Source: a virus. From it: DNA of 64,000 bases. This document shows positions 47,374 to 56,509 of the stretch, piece by piece; positions within the stretch are counted from its first letter, which is position 1, and each line of letters opens with the position of its first letter. Position numbers and translations under genes: made by a program. The notes under the pieces are model-generated. The model did not search any database. It was given only the letters and a program-made list of their open reading frames with translations, and had not been told where the DNA came from. The DNA lies in IMG/VR virus record IMGVR_UViG_3300044678_002654, positions 1 through 64,000 of that record, one strand, 5' to 3'.

Positions 47374-48047
47374 AGATGCGAGACATTCAGCTACTGACCT
47401 ACACCGAGATGAACGACGCGGAGCGCGCAGCCTTCGGCGCGCAATGGCGCCAGGGTCACGCAGCCTTTCTCTTGCAGGAGACCGACAAAGTCGTACCCGC
47501 CAAGTTCATCGACTACGACTACGACCAGTACCTCGGCCAGGAGGGGTACTCGTGGGAGGACGAACGACGCATGATGAGCCGAGACAGGCTCTACGTGACG
47601 GCGAAGGATGCCCTGGAGCATCGGGACGACCTGCGGGCGGTGGACATCGTCGTGGACTTCGACGCTGGGCTGTCGGTGCTCGTTCAAGAGGCAGGTGTGC
47701 ACTACTACATCGCGCCCATCGAGAAGCCGGAGGAGCGGACGTTCAACGTCTTCGACATGAAGGCGTACGTTCATCACGTTCGGGGCTGGCTGGCGGGAGA
47801 CAGGCGGGCCAAGACGAAGCCGGCGTGGGAGCACACGTGCGACGGCTGCGTCTTCAAGGGGACGTTCCTCTCGGGCAAGGGCGCCACTGACCTCTACGAC
47901 TGCGGGGACTCGATCGTTGCGCGGTTCGGCAACGCCGATGACGAGTACAGCTCAACGCTCAAGGAGATCGCGCTGCGTGAAGGTGCCGAGGGATCTCACA
48001 AGAGCCTGATGCGCAACGCGATGTGGTTGATTCAAGGGAGACTCTGA
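47370..48047 (+). CDS. hypothetical protein
   Basis: 225 aa with a C-terminal HTCDGCVF...DLYDC...ARFGN...EYSS module. Confidence 0.65.
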   Translation: MKMRDIQLLTYTEMNDAERAAFGAQWRQGHAAFLLQETDKVVPAKFIDYDYDQYLGQEGYSWEDERRMMSRDRLYVTAKDALEHRDDLRAVDIVVDFDAGLSVLVQEAGVHYYIAPIEKPEERTFNVFDMKAYVHHVRGWLAGDRRAKTKPAWEHTCDGCVFKGTFLSGKGATDLYDCGDSIVARFGNADDEYSSTLKEIALREGAEGSHKSLMRNAMWLIQGRL

Positions 48048-48385
48048 TGCCTGCCATCTTGCTGCGTCAGCCCGCAGCAGACCCCTATGACACGCAGGTA
48101 CGCCTCTACGATGACATACGAACTACACGCCTCGCCGTGGTCGAAGAAATCATGGCGCTTCCGCTACCGAGCGATGAACGGTTGCGCGCGTTCTTCGACG
48201 CGGTAGCAAAGAACTTCGGCGATGCAATCGAAGCGTGGAACGTTTTGCAGCCAGAGCTGTTCGGGGAAAGTGGTGTCTACTTCTACATCACGCCGGAGCA
48301 GACTCGTCCTGCTCCAAAGATGCGTCAAGCGCAACTTCGAGAGCGTGCGCGTGAAGCTCTTCGGAAGTTGAACGCGAAGGGCTGA
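48047..48385 (+). CDS. hypothetical protein
   Basis: 112 aa, TGATG coupling. Confidence 0.55.
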   Translation: MPAILLRQPAADPYDTQVRLYDDIRTTRLAVVEEIMALPLPSDERLRAFFDAVAKNFGDAIEAWNVLQPELFGESGVYFYITPEQTRPAPKMRQAQLRERAREALRKLNAKG

Positions 48386-49094
48386 ACCGCCCGAGGTCCA
48401 TCTCCGGTTTCACTGCGTGAACGACGGCCACGAACAGGTCGCTGCCCCACGACACGCCTTCGACACCGAGCAGCTTCTCGGCGGCGGCTTCGCTCTTCGG
48501 CCCGAAGTCCCCGTCGGTCTTCACTCCGAGGAGGTGCTGCGTGTAGATCTTCGCGCACTTCTCCGAGATCTGGCGGTGTGAGGCAATGGACCGGTCAGGC
48601 CGCGCCTTGGTGTTCTCGCCCTTGTAGCCGGCCTCGATGAGGTCGTCGAACCAGGGCTCATCCGCCCAGAACTGCTCGCCGCAGAGCTTGTAGCGATGGC
48701 CGTCAGGCGCGTTGCGGGGCACAAAGCGCGCGAGCCACTGCGTGAAGAAGTCGCGCGCAGAGCCGAACACGCGGTAGTAGCACCACGGGGGATCGCCGCT
48801 GGTCTTGTTCCCCTTGGCGCGAAACCAGGGGACACCCGGGCCAGCAGCCCTCTTGGTGATCTTCCAGCCGCCGAGGTTGTTGCCCTTGCGGTGCTTGCCC
48901 CATCCCGTCTCCACGACCGTGTTGGCCACGATCTCGAAGCGCTTGACGAGGTCGAGCCCTTCGAGGTCAGGCATCGCCTCGATGCACATGACGACGAAGT
49001 CTCCCGGTTCGATGGGGGGCGGGTTGGTACGCAGTTCAACGCCGAGATCGAGCCAGAACGGGGGGTTCTCGGGCGGCAGGTTCCACTTCTCCAT
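48288..49094 (-). CDS. putative endolysin (glucosaminidase/FlgJ-like muramidase plus peptidoglycan-binding motif)
   Basis: VETGWG...NNLGGWK...YRVFGS...LIEAGY, with C-terminal QHLLGVKTDGDFGPKS. Confidence 0.75.
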   Translation of the reverse strand: MEKWNLPPENPPFWLDLGVELRTNPPPIEPGDFVVMCIEAMPDLEGLDLVKRFEIVANTVVETGWGKHRKGNNLGGWKITKRAAGPGVPWFRAKGNKTSGDPPWCYYRVFGSARDFFTQWLARFVPRNAPDGHRYKLCGEQFWADEPWFDDLIEAGYKGENTKARPDRSIASHRQISEKCAKIYTQHLLGVKTDGDFGPKSEAAAEKLLGVEGVSWGSDLFVAVVHAVKPEMDLGRFSPSRSTSEELHAHALEVALDASLEQDESAPA

Positions 49095-49203
49095 GGTGAG
49101 ATGCTAATGCACGACACGGAGACCTGACAACCATTGCCGCCCGCGCGACGCCTGCTGCTCAGTGGGTGTCGCGCGGGCGGCGGTGAACTATCTTTTGGTT
49201 GCG

Positions 49204-49845
49204 ATGTCCGACCTTGCTCGTATCTTCGGTGTGAAGCTGGCCTTCACCCCACTCCCCACCGCGCTCTTTGGTGCGGGCCTCGGTGCCGGCATCGGCTATG
49301 TCTACGGCGAGCACTCTGACGACCCGGCCAACTCCCCAGAGCAACACATTGGGCGGGGACTCCGTTATGGCCTCGGAGGGGCTGCTCTAGGTGGCCTTGG
49401 GGGGCTCGGAGTCTCGAAAGCCGTGGAGCATCTTGCCCCTGCCCTTTTTGCCTCTGCCAAGGCAGGACCTTTCCCGAACGTTGACATGACCAGGGAGAGC
49501 AAATTCCTCAACAAGGAAGAGGTGCTCCACACCAACGCCGACCCGGAGTTTGAGCGGTGGTTCAAGGACCCATGGGCTCCCGCCAAGGCGCTCGGGCAGA
49601 AGCTCTACCAAGGCGTCTACATGAATCCCGCCGTGCGATTCGGCTCAGGGCTCGCCGTTGGTTCAGGAGCTGCTCGAACCTTCGCCGACTACTTCGACGA
49701 TATGAGGTTCAAGCAGTACGCCGCGCAGAAGGCGCAAGCGATGAATCCTGACATCCCGAACGCCGGACGGCTGGAAGCGCACCTCGTCGACCGACACATG
49801 GGACCCTACCGCAGTTCGCTCGATGGTGCGCAGGGCGCTGAATGA
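49204..49845 (+). CDS. glycine-zipper protein (putative virion/ejection protein)
   Basis: N-terminal GVKLA; GAGLGAGIG and GGAALGGLGGLG. Confidence 0.65.
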   Translation: MSDLARIFGVKLAFTPLPTALFGAGLGAGIGYVYGEHSDDPANSPEQHIGRGLRYGLGGAALGGLGGLGVSKAVEHLAPALFASAKAGPFPNVDMTRESKFLNKEEVLHTNADPEFERWFKDPWAPAKALGQKLYQGVYMNPAVRFGSGLAVGSGAARTFADYFDDMRFKQYAAQKAQAMNPDIPNAGRLEAHLVDRHMGPYRSSLDGAQGAE

Positions 49846-51389
49846 TTCACGGGGTGAAACTTGCCGAGCTCCTCACGGAGCTTCAGCCGCAGCAGCAGCG
49901 CCTCGTCGACAAGCTGCGCGCCTCGGGCGGCCTGCTCGCGCTCCACGGCGTCGGAGCTGGCAAGAGCCTCGGATCCATCGCCGCCAAGGAAAACCTCGGC
50001 GTCCCCGCTGAGTTCATCGTCCCTGCGCCCCTCCAGGAGAACATCAAGAAGGAGTTCGTCAAGCACACCGGGGAGATGCCCGACGATGCGCGCGTCCGCT
50101 CCTACGAGAAGGCTGTGCGGTCTGGTGACCTGAACCTCGACGGCCTCGTGGTCTTCGACGAAGCACAGAAGGGGCGTAACCCCGGCACCGGAGCGTCTGA
50201 GCTTCTGAGCAAGGCGCGAGCGGCCAAGTACCGTCTGCTCCTCACGGGGACCGGCGTTTACAACCAGCCCCAGGACATCGCGCCCCTCATCAACTCGGCG
50301 GCAGGAACAGAACGCCTCCCACAAAACGGCTCAAAGTTCAAGAGTCTCTTCGTCGGTGAGAAGGAGCTCAAGCCGGGATGGTTTGATCGGCTTCGCGGCC
50401 TCGAACCGGTGAAGGTGCCTGTACTGAAGAACAAGCAGAAGCTCATCGACGCCGCCACTGGCTACGTCGACGTGCATCAGTCTGGCACAGGCCCTGACTT
50501 CCCTGGGCGCGAGGACGTCGAGCACCACGTGCCGATGTCACCGAGGCAGCTTGAGCTCTACAAGTACCTCGAAGGCCAGATGCCATGGTACCTGCGCGCG
50601 AAGATCCACGCGGGCCTGCCGATGACCAAGCAGGAAGCGCAAGAGCTCAACGCGTTCCAAGGCGCACTGCGACAGGTCTCCAACACCCCGCGCCCCTTCA
50701 TCGAGAAGATGGAGGATGATGAGGAGCTCGCGCTCGCGCCGAAGATCCAGCGGATGGTCGACAACCTTCAAGCCGCTCGAAAGGCCGACCCCAACTTCCG
50801 CGCCTACGTCTACTCGAACTACCTCGGCGGGGGCCTGCACCCGTACGCGAGGGCGCTCGCCAAGGCGGGCATTCCGCACAACCTGTTCACGGGCGAGACC
50901 AACCCCAAGGACCGCGCGCGGATCATTCAGGAGTACAACGAAGGCCAGTCACCGGTCCTCCTCGCATCTGGAGCCGGCAGCGAGGGCCTGGACCTCAAGG
51001 GGACAAAGCTCGTTCAGCTCATGGAGCCCCACTGGAACAACGCGCGGCTCGAACAGGCCATCGGGCGCGGCATCCGGTACAAGTCTCACGCGCACCTCCC
51101 CGACGCAGAGCGCAAGGTGCGGGTGGAGAAGTACTACTCCGTGTTCCCTGACACGCTCGCCACGAAGCTACGCCTCAAGGACAAGGACCGCGCCGTCGAG
51201 CAGTACATGCGCGAGATGAGCGACGTGAAGGGGCAGCTCGCGCGGCAGATCATGGCCGCGATGCAAGAGGCGAGCGACAAGGGCACGAGCCAGATGGCGG
51301 CGATCGCCAAGGCGCGCGCAGCGGCGGAAGAGCAGACGAGCAAGAACGCCGAGTGGCTCGGGGCGCTCGCCGACTACCCTACGGAATGA
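49842..51389 (+). CDS. SNF2-like superfamily 2 helicase
   Basis: HGVGAGKS, VFDEAQ, LLTGT, GSEGLDLKG and EPHWN...EQAIGRGIR. Confidence 0.88.
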   Translation: MIHGVKLAELLTELQPQQQRLVDKLRASGGLLALHGVGAGKSLGSIAAKENLGVPAEFIVPAPLQENIKKEFVKHTGEMPDDARVRSYEKAVRSGDLNLDGLVVFDEAQKGRNPGTGASELLSKARAAKYRLLLTGTGVYNQPQDIAPLINSAAGTERLPQNGSKFKSLFVGEKELKPGWFDRLRGLEPVKVPVLKNKQKLIDAATGYVDVHQSGTGPDFPGREDVEHHVPMSPRQLELYKYLEGQMPWYLRAKIHAGLPMTKQEAQELNAFQGALRQVSNTPRPFIEKMEDDEELALAPKIQRMVDNLQAARKADPNFRAYVYSNYLGGGLHPYARALAKAGIPHNLFTGETNPKDRARIIQEYNEGQSPVLLASGAGSEGLDLKGTKLVQLMEPHWNNARLEQAIGRGIRYKSHAHLPDAERKVRVEKYYSVFPDTLATKLRLKDKDRAVEQYMREMSDVKGQLARQIMAAMQEASDKGTSQMAAIAKARAAAEEQTSKNAEWLGALADYPTE

Positions 51390-51390
51390 C

Positions 51391-51555
51391 GTGAGACAAG
51401 GTCATCGGCCTTCGAGGAGTGAGACCCACCGACGTACGCGCAAGCCGATCGTCGACAAAGAGTCGACGCCCCGTAGGCCGGCCCCTGCGTCACCACGGCT
51501 CCCGCTCCTCTTCCTCGAAGTGACCCCGCTGCCTGACGACTTCTTCACGGAGTGA
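51391..51555 (+). CDS. possible 54-aa small protein
   Basis: GTG start, fills the gap, ends FFTE* inside a palindrome copy. Confidence 0.35.
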   Translation: MRQGHRPSRSETHRRTRKPIVDKESTPRRPAPASPRLPLLFLEVTPLPDDFFTE

Positions 51556-51557
51556 AA

Positions 51558-52202
51558 ATGCAAAACCTCAACGTCGCGTTTCTTCTCACAAAAACCTCGG
51601 CTACTACGACCAAGCAGGCCGCCCCTCTCGACCTCAAGCGCCTCCCCCAAGGTACACAGTACCCGACGCCGTACGAGCTCAAGTGGAAGTCTCCCGGTGG
51701 GCACGGACTTCAGCACGCCGTGAAGCCGGAGATCGTCGATCACGGGCAGCAGACAGGCGGTGACGCATACTACCAGCAGCTCGTCGAGGCGATGAACAAC
51801 GCGAGCCAGCAGGCGGACGCACGGGCGCCGAACGACATCGCGATCGACCAGAAGCTGCAACGCATCGGGGGCGGGGCCACCGGAGCGATGCTCGGAGGCA
51901 TGGGCGGGCTGTTGCTCGGCGGCCTCGGCTACGACTCTCCTGGCATCGGAGCGGCCCTCGGTGGTACGGCGGGCGGATTGCTCGGCTACTACCTCACGAA
52001 GGGCACGCCGAAGAGCCACATGGACTACAACGTCGCCGAAGACCTCGGCGGCACGATCCCGAACCTCTACGCGCGTACGCCGAAGGATGACGAGCTCGAC
52101 GACATCCGGCAGATGCGGCAGGAGTTGGAAGAGCTGAACGCCCGAGACTGGAACCGGGACTTCAACGACCGCGACATGTTCGGGCGTCGGTACGACCCCT
52201 GA
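51558..52202 (+). CDS. glycine-zipper protein
   Basis: N-terminal KTSA/KQAA; GGATGAMLGGMGGLLLG and GAALGGTAGGLLG. Confidence 0.65.
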   Translation: MQNLNVAFLLTKTSATTTKQAAPLDLKRLPQGTQYPTPYELKWKSPGGHGLQHAVKPEIVDHGQQTGGDAYYQQLVEAMNNASQQADARAPNDIAIDQKLQRIGGGATGAMLGGMGGLLLGGLGYDSPGIGAALGGTAGGLLGYYLTKGTPKSHMDYNVAEDLGGTIPNLYARTPKDDELDDIRQMRQELEELNARDWNRDFNDRDMFGRRYDP

Positions 52203-52228
52203 CACGCCTTTCTGCCTAGACTCTGTTC

Positions 52229-53278
52229 ATGCCGCTCCCTTCTCTTGGTGGCCTCACCAACGCCTACCGCGCGCTCCCGGGCAGCGCCCGTCGCACGCTC
52301 GTCCACACAGGCATCGGAACCGCTGCGGGCGCCGCCCTCGGCGGCCTCACCGCGCAGGAGGGCCAGCGTGGGCGCGGCGCGCTCACGGGTGGGCTCATCG
52401 GCGGCACGGCGGCGGGCGGCGCGTCCTACCTCGCCAACCGTTCGGCGGGAAAAGCCATCACGGGCCTGCGGGGGCAGAACGCTGGCCTGTCGGACAACGT
52501 CTCAAAGCTCGAAAGCAGCGTCGCGAGCCTCGGGCAAGAGAACGCGCACATCTCAAGCCAGTACGAGAAGGTCCTGGGCAAGTACGACGCGGCAGCGAGC
52601 GCCCGTGACGCGCTTCAGAAGAACTACGAGAACGCGCAGAACGAGATCAACGCTGCTCGCGCCGTGATCAACGGGGGCATGGTCAACCCCGCTGCCCGCT
52701 CGCACGGGCAGCAGTTTGGTACCCCTGGGTCCGGGGCTGTGGCTTCACGTCCTGCGCCCACCGGCGACGGCAGTATGCGCTTCACCCAGCCGGCTCGCGA
52801 CACGATCCCTGACGCGGTGCGCCCGAGCGGCATGTACCCGGCGACGCAGGTCAACCCCATGGCCCCAGTGCACCAGAACACGGCGACGATCCAGACGCCC
52901 GTGACACCTGTGACAAGGCAGCAGTCGGGTGTGTTCCCCGTTCAGCAGCAGAAGGTCGGCGAGGCTTTCCCTTTCCCACTGGACCCCTCTCAGGGGGCCA
53001 TGCTCGGCGGTCTCGGTGGTCTGGTCACGGGCGGTGGGCTCGCGGCCCTTGACCCCGAGACCCGCAACGCGCGCGCCATCCTGCGCAACTCGGCAATCGG
53101 CGGCACGGTCGGCGCCCTCGGCGGCTACGGGCTGACGCTCGGCGGTCTCAACGGCGGTTACAGCGCGGGGCATCACGAGGGGCGCATGAAGGGTTACAAC
53201 GACGGCGCCGAGGATCTCGGCGTTGCCAGTCGCGAGGCGGTAGACGCGCTACTTCGAAACCTCAGACGCTTCGACTGA
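52229..53278 (+). CDS. glycine-zipper plus coiled-coil protein
   Basis: Two glycine-zipper pairs flanking a coiled coil and Pro-rich linker; TAGACT 6 nt before the ATG. Confidence 0.65.
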   Translation: MPLPSLGGLTNAYRALPGSARRTLVHTGIGTAAGAALGGLTAQEGQRGRGALTGGLIGGTAAGGASYLANRSAGKAITGLRGQNAGLSDNVSKLESSVASLGQENAHISSQYEKVLGKYDAAASARDALQKNYENAQNEINAARAVINGGMVNPAARSHGQQFGTPGSGAVASRPAPTGDGSMRFTQPARDTIPDAVRPSGMYPATQVNPMAPVHQNTATIQTPVTPVTRQQSGVFPVQQQKVGEAFPFPLDPSQGAMLGGLGGLVTGGGLAALDPETRNARAILRNSAIGGTVGALGGYGLTLGGLNGGYSAGHHEGRMKGYNDGAEDLGVASREAVDALLRNLRRFD

Positions 53279-53626
53279 ACCCCGCTTGGCTCGCATCTCC
53301 CGTGCGATCTTCGCCGCGTGGGCGAGGCGCTCCGGCAGGTCTCGGGTGTCTGGTGAGTCCATCCCGAGAAGGCACATCACGCAGAAGAACGCGTGACAGA
53401 GGTGCGGCAGCGTCGACTCAGGGTCGTACTTCTCTCCGCCGCGCCACGCCTCGACATGCCGCAGCAGGGCGCTGTAGTACCGAGCGCCCCAGTCGTCGAC
53501 CTCGCGCCAGTTCTCTTCCTTGTACTTGATCGCACCGTAGGTGAGCACGGCCGCTAGCCACGCGTTCGCCGCGCGGTCGATCAGGTGATAGCGCAGCTTT
53601 TCCGAGTCAAACTTCATTCCTGCCAT
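53249..53626 (-). CDS. dATP/dGTP diphosphohydrolase domain protein (DUF5664-like)
   Basis: GMKFDSEKLRYHLI...VLTYGAIKY...NW...YSALLRH...DPES.LPHL.HA. Confidence 0.85.
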   Translation of the reverse strand: MAGMKFDSEKLRYHLIDRAANAWLAAVLTYGAIKYKEENWREVDDWGARYYSALLRHVEAWRGGEKYDPESTLPHLCHAFFCVMCLLGMDSPDTRDLPERLAHAAKIAREMRAKRGSVEASEVSK

Positions 53627-53658
53627 GAATGCTCCTCGCTATCTGGTATAAGGGAATA

Positions 53659-53706
53659 GAGACGAGTGTGGTACTCAAGGACGCGGTTCAACTCCGCGTC
53701 GTCTTT
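53659..53706 (+). ncRNA. candidate tRNA-like mini-RNA (acceptor stem plus T arm, no anticodon arm)
   Basis: GAGACGA/TCGTCTT stem stacked on CGCGG-TTCAACT-CCGCG; begins 6 nt after GGTATAAG. Confidence 0.35.
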
Positions 53707-53708
53707 GC

Positions 53709-54038
53709 CTACCAAGCATCTGCTGGCAAAAGGTACCCCCGATCGATCACGCCTTGAAGCTCTTCCACGTCGCACGAGCCGCCCATCTTGTTGAGCGTAC
53801 CGTAGGCGTGGAGGAGGTCTTCGGCGTCGGCGAGGCTCATTTGTTTTCCACGGAAGCGGACGTGCGCCTCCAGGCGGAAGCGCTCGATACGCCGTCGCGC
53901 AGCGCTGACGTTGGCGTCGTAGTTGAGGTAGACGTTTTGAAAGCTCGGAGTCCCGAGCGCGTCCACCGTTGCCTTGTCACGCGCGGCGCTGAGCCGTTCC
54001 AACTCGTTGATGAGGTCCTTACCGTTCACTTGTTTCAC
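53709..54038 (-). CDS. hypothetical protein
   Basis: 109 aa; GTG start inside a palindrome copy. Confidence 0.55.
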   Translation of the reverse strand: MKQVNGKDLINELERLSAARDKATVDALGTPSFQNVYLNYDANVSAARRRIERFRLEAHVRFRGKQMSLADAEDLLHAYGTLNKMGGSCDVEELQGVIDRGYLLPADAW

Positions 54039-54064
54039 CCCGTGAAAGTTTGTAGCTTACCTGT

Positions 54065-54403
54065 ATGAGTGACGAGACCACCACCAAGCAGCGGGAGCGC
54101 CGCGACACCGCGACGCGCACCAAGGACACCTTCGGCGACATCCAGGAGGGGTTCGGCGACATCCAGCAAGCCCTCTCCCGTCGCGACATCTCGTGGATCA
54201 CGCCGGCCGTGGCCGAGTCCTTTCGGGCACACCTCCGTCGCTTCACCAACGCGATCACGATGATCGACAACACCCTCGACGAGATCGCGCCTGCTGGGCT
54301 TCGCGGGCTCTCGATTCGTGTGGGCGGCGAGATCCCTTCCGCCCCGAGCGGCATGCTCGCTGAGGCCCTGGCCGCCGAGGAGATCAGCCCCGACAAGGAC
54401 TGA
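54065..54403 (+). CDS. hypothetical protein
   Basis: 112 aa; TAGCTT 6 nt before the ATG. Confidence 0.6.
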   Translation: MSDETTTKQRERRDTATRTKDTFGDIQEGFGDIQQALSRRDISWITPAVAESFRAHLRRFTNAITMIDNTLDEIAPAGLRGLSIRVGGEIPSAPSGMLAEALAAEEISPDKD

Positions 54404-54483
54404 GCGCCTCCCCGCAGCAGAGCCTCTTCGTACCCGCCCGCTGGTGATGTTCTCCAGCGGGCGTTCTGCATTCAGGAGAAGAC

Positions 54484-54999
54484 ATGGAAGAAAACAAGCC
54501 TTCAAGCAAGACGACCGACGACGCCATGGACATGCTCGGCAACTTCAAGGGCTACTACGCAGCCCTGGCGCGGTTCATCGCCGTGCAGATCGCGCTCATG
54601 CGCGGCCCTTGGTACGACTACGTCAAGGGCAACGAGAAGCTCAACCTCGCGCCCGGCGAGGTCCACAGCTACGCCGTGCGCCTCGCGCTGGAGGCGAGCG
54701 GCCGGATGGAGGGCTACGAGGGCAAGTACCACTTCCTCGGGCTCACCTTCCGTGACAGGGTGTTCGAGAGCGCCGGCAAGAGCTTCTCCTACTCCCACGC
54801 GGGAGAGGAGCGTTCGGTGCACCAGCGCACCGTGACGGTCTGGAAGATCAAGCCGGGCTCCGGGGCTGGGGCGACCCTGGAGCCCATGATGCCGGCCGAC
54901 ATCGCGACCAAGATCGAGCGCGCCAAGAACCGGGAGGCGGAGGTCCGTGCGATGCGGGAGAAGGCGCTCGCCGAAAAGGGGTGCGATGAACGTCCCTGA
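54484..54999 (+). CDS. hypothetical protein
   Basis: 171 aa with an AGGAG SD. Confidence 0.7.
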   Translation: MEENKPSSKTTDDAMDMLGNFKGYYAALARFIAVQIALMRGPWYDYVKGNEKLNLAPGEVHSYAVRLALEASGRMEGYEGKYHFLGLTFRDRVFESAGKSFSYSHAGEERSVHQRTVTVWKIKPGSGAGATLEPMMPADIATKIERAKNREAEVRAMREKALAEKGCDERP

Positions 55000-55843
55000 G
55001 GTCTTCAAGACGGCTAGGGGGACGCGATACCTCAAGGACCCTGGCGTCGTCCACATGACGGAGACGCGGTTCACAGACCGCGCGTTCTTCCGCGAGTTCC
55101 TCGAAGGATTCGGCCAGGGCTTCGAGCTCTACGCCGATGATCTCGATGACGCCATCGAGAGCGGGGCCGCATCCGACGGCGAGCTCGCGATGCAGGTCGC
55201 GGGGCAGATCTGCTACCTCTCGTTCGGCGAGAAGCGCACCCCCTTCGAGGAGAACGCCGACTACGTCGTCAAGATCATGGACGCCGCACACGGCTCCGTG
55301 ATGCACCACTCGGGCTTCGGCTTCATCATCTACGGCGCCGACCGCGCCTTCACCCACGAGCTCGTGCGTCACGGCGCCGGCATCGGCGTCTCGCAGGTCT
55401 CACAGCGGTACGTCGGGCCGGAGACGCTTCGATTCGTCATGCCCTTCGAGGACCAGCAAGATCCTGAGCTCTGCGAGAAGTTCGAGGCGCACATCGACGC
55501 GGCGCGCGTGGCGTATTCCGACCGGATCGAAGATCTCAGACGAGTCATGCCACGCACCGCGACCGAAACGAACACGGAGTGGCGCAAGCGCATCCAGTCA
55601 TCGGCGCGCAGCGTCCTGCCAAACGACGCCGAGGCGCCCCTCTTCTGGAGCGCGAACTTCCGCGCGCTCACGCACGTCTTCAGCATGCGCTGTTCGAAGC
55701 ACGCCGACGTACGAATCCGCCGGCCGATGCTCGAAGTCCTGTCCGTTGCGCAGAACGTCGCCCCGAACGTCTTCGGCCACTTCCAGCGCTTCCGTCTGCC
55801 CGATGGCACCTGGGAAGCGGTGAGCAAGTACCTCAAGCCCTGA
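54986..55843 (+). CDS. thyX: flavin-dependent thymidylate synthase
   Basis: HGSVMHH, THELVRH...SQVSQRY, ARSVLPN, NFRAL...MR and HADVRIR. Confidence 0.9.
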   Translation: MNVPEVFKTARGTRYLKDPGVVHMTETRFTDRAFFREFLEGFGQGFELYADDLDDAIESGAASDGELAMQVAGQICYLSFGEKRTPFEENADYVVKIMDAAHGSVMHHSGFGFIIYGADRAFTHELVRHGAGIGVSQVSQRYVGPETLRFVMPFEDQQDPELCEKFEAHIDAARVAYSDRIEDLRRVMPRTATETNTEWRKRIQSSARSVLPNDAEAPLFWSANFRALTHVFSMRCSKHADVRIRRPMLEVLSVAQNVAPNVFGHFQRFRLPDGTWEAVSKYLKP

Positions 55844-55859
55844 CCGGGCGTTTCACTCG

Positions 55860-56192
55860 GTGAACTACGCACCACCGGACGAGGTGCGCGCCAACGCGGC
55901 GCGCGGCCTCGTTCTCGTAAGCGAAGGCCGTGGCGGCAAAGGGCTCAAGCCAGCGACGGTGCGACAGGCGCGGCGCATCGCGGACGGCAGGGGCCTTGAC
56001 TACGACGAAGCAAAGGTGAACCTCGCGTGGTTCGCCAGATTCGGCGCCTACACCGCCGCAGTAGCTGCGCGCCGACGTGACCCCCAATGCCCAGCCGCCG
56101 TCTCGTGGCTCCTGCACGGCGGCGACGAAGGATGGGAATGGGTCCGCGAGATCGTCGAGATCGACTTTCCACTCCCGCAACGAGGTCCTTGA
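55860..56192 (+). CDS. conserved phage hypothetical protein
   Basis: ANAARGL...WFAR...VSWLLHGGDEGWEW motif. Confidence 0.65.
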   Translation: MNYAPPDEVRANAARGLVLVSEGRGGKGLKPATVRQARRIADGRGLDYDEAKVNLAWFARFGAYTAAVAARRRDPQCPAAVSWLLHGGDEGWEWVREIVEIDFPLPQRGP

Positions 56193-56509
56193 TGGATGAA
56201 CACTGGTCTGGGCTCACACCTCCCGACGCTGCGACTTGTGCGTGGGGTGCACGCGCGATCTACCAAGGGCGGGGCGCTCCCCTGCTCGACTTCCTGCCCG
56301 ACCACCAGAGTTACCGAGGCGCGAAGATCACGAAGAAAGTCTTCAAGGCACTGGTCTCCGAACTTCGTCGCGCGGTCGCTCTGGTGCACCCCGACCCGAC
56401 CACCGACCACACCTACGAAGTCGAGCACCCGAAGCACCCGGGGTGGAGAATCCGCTTCAACCCACGTGCCAGCCACGGGTACATGTACTGTCTGATCTGG
56501 AGAATCTGA
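56192..56509 (+). CDS. hypothetical protein
   Basis: AWGARAI...ASHGYMYC motif; coupled. Confidence 0.65.
   Translation: MDEHWSGLTPPDAATCAWGARAIYQGRGAPLLDFLPDHQSYRGAKITKKVFKALVSELRRAVALVHPDPTTDHTYEVEHPKHPGWRIRFNPRASHGYMYCLIWRI

Noticed and set aside
53659-53714. Canonical tRNA or full tmRNA gene
   Set aside because: No anticodon arm, no tag reading frame and no correctly placed CCA; kept only as a tRNA-like candidate.
54131-54166. Short direct repeats (TTCGGCGACATCCAG twice here; AGCCGAGCACGC near 61327; GTTCGACGAC near 62912)
   Set aside because: Two-copy local duplications with no evidence of a wider system.
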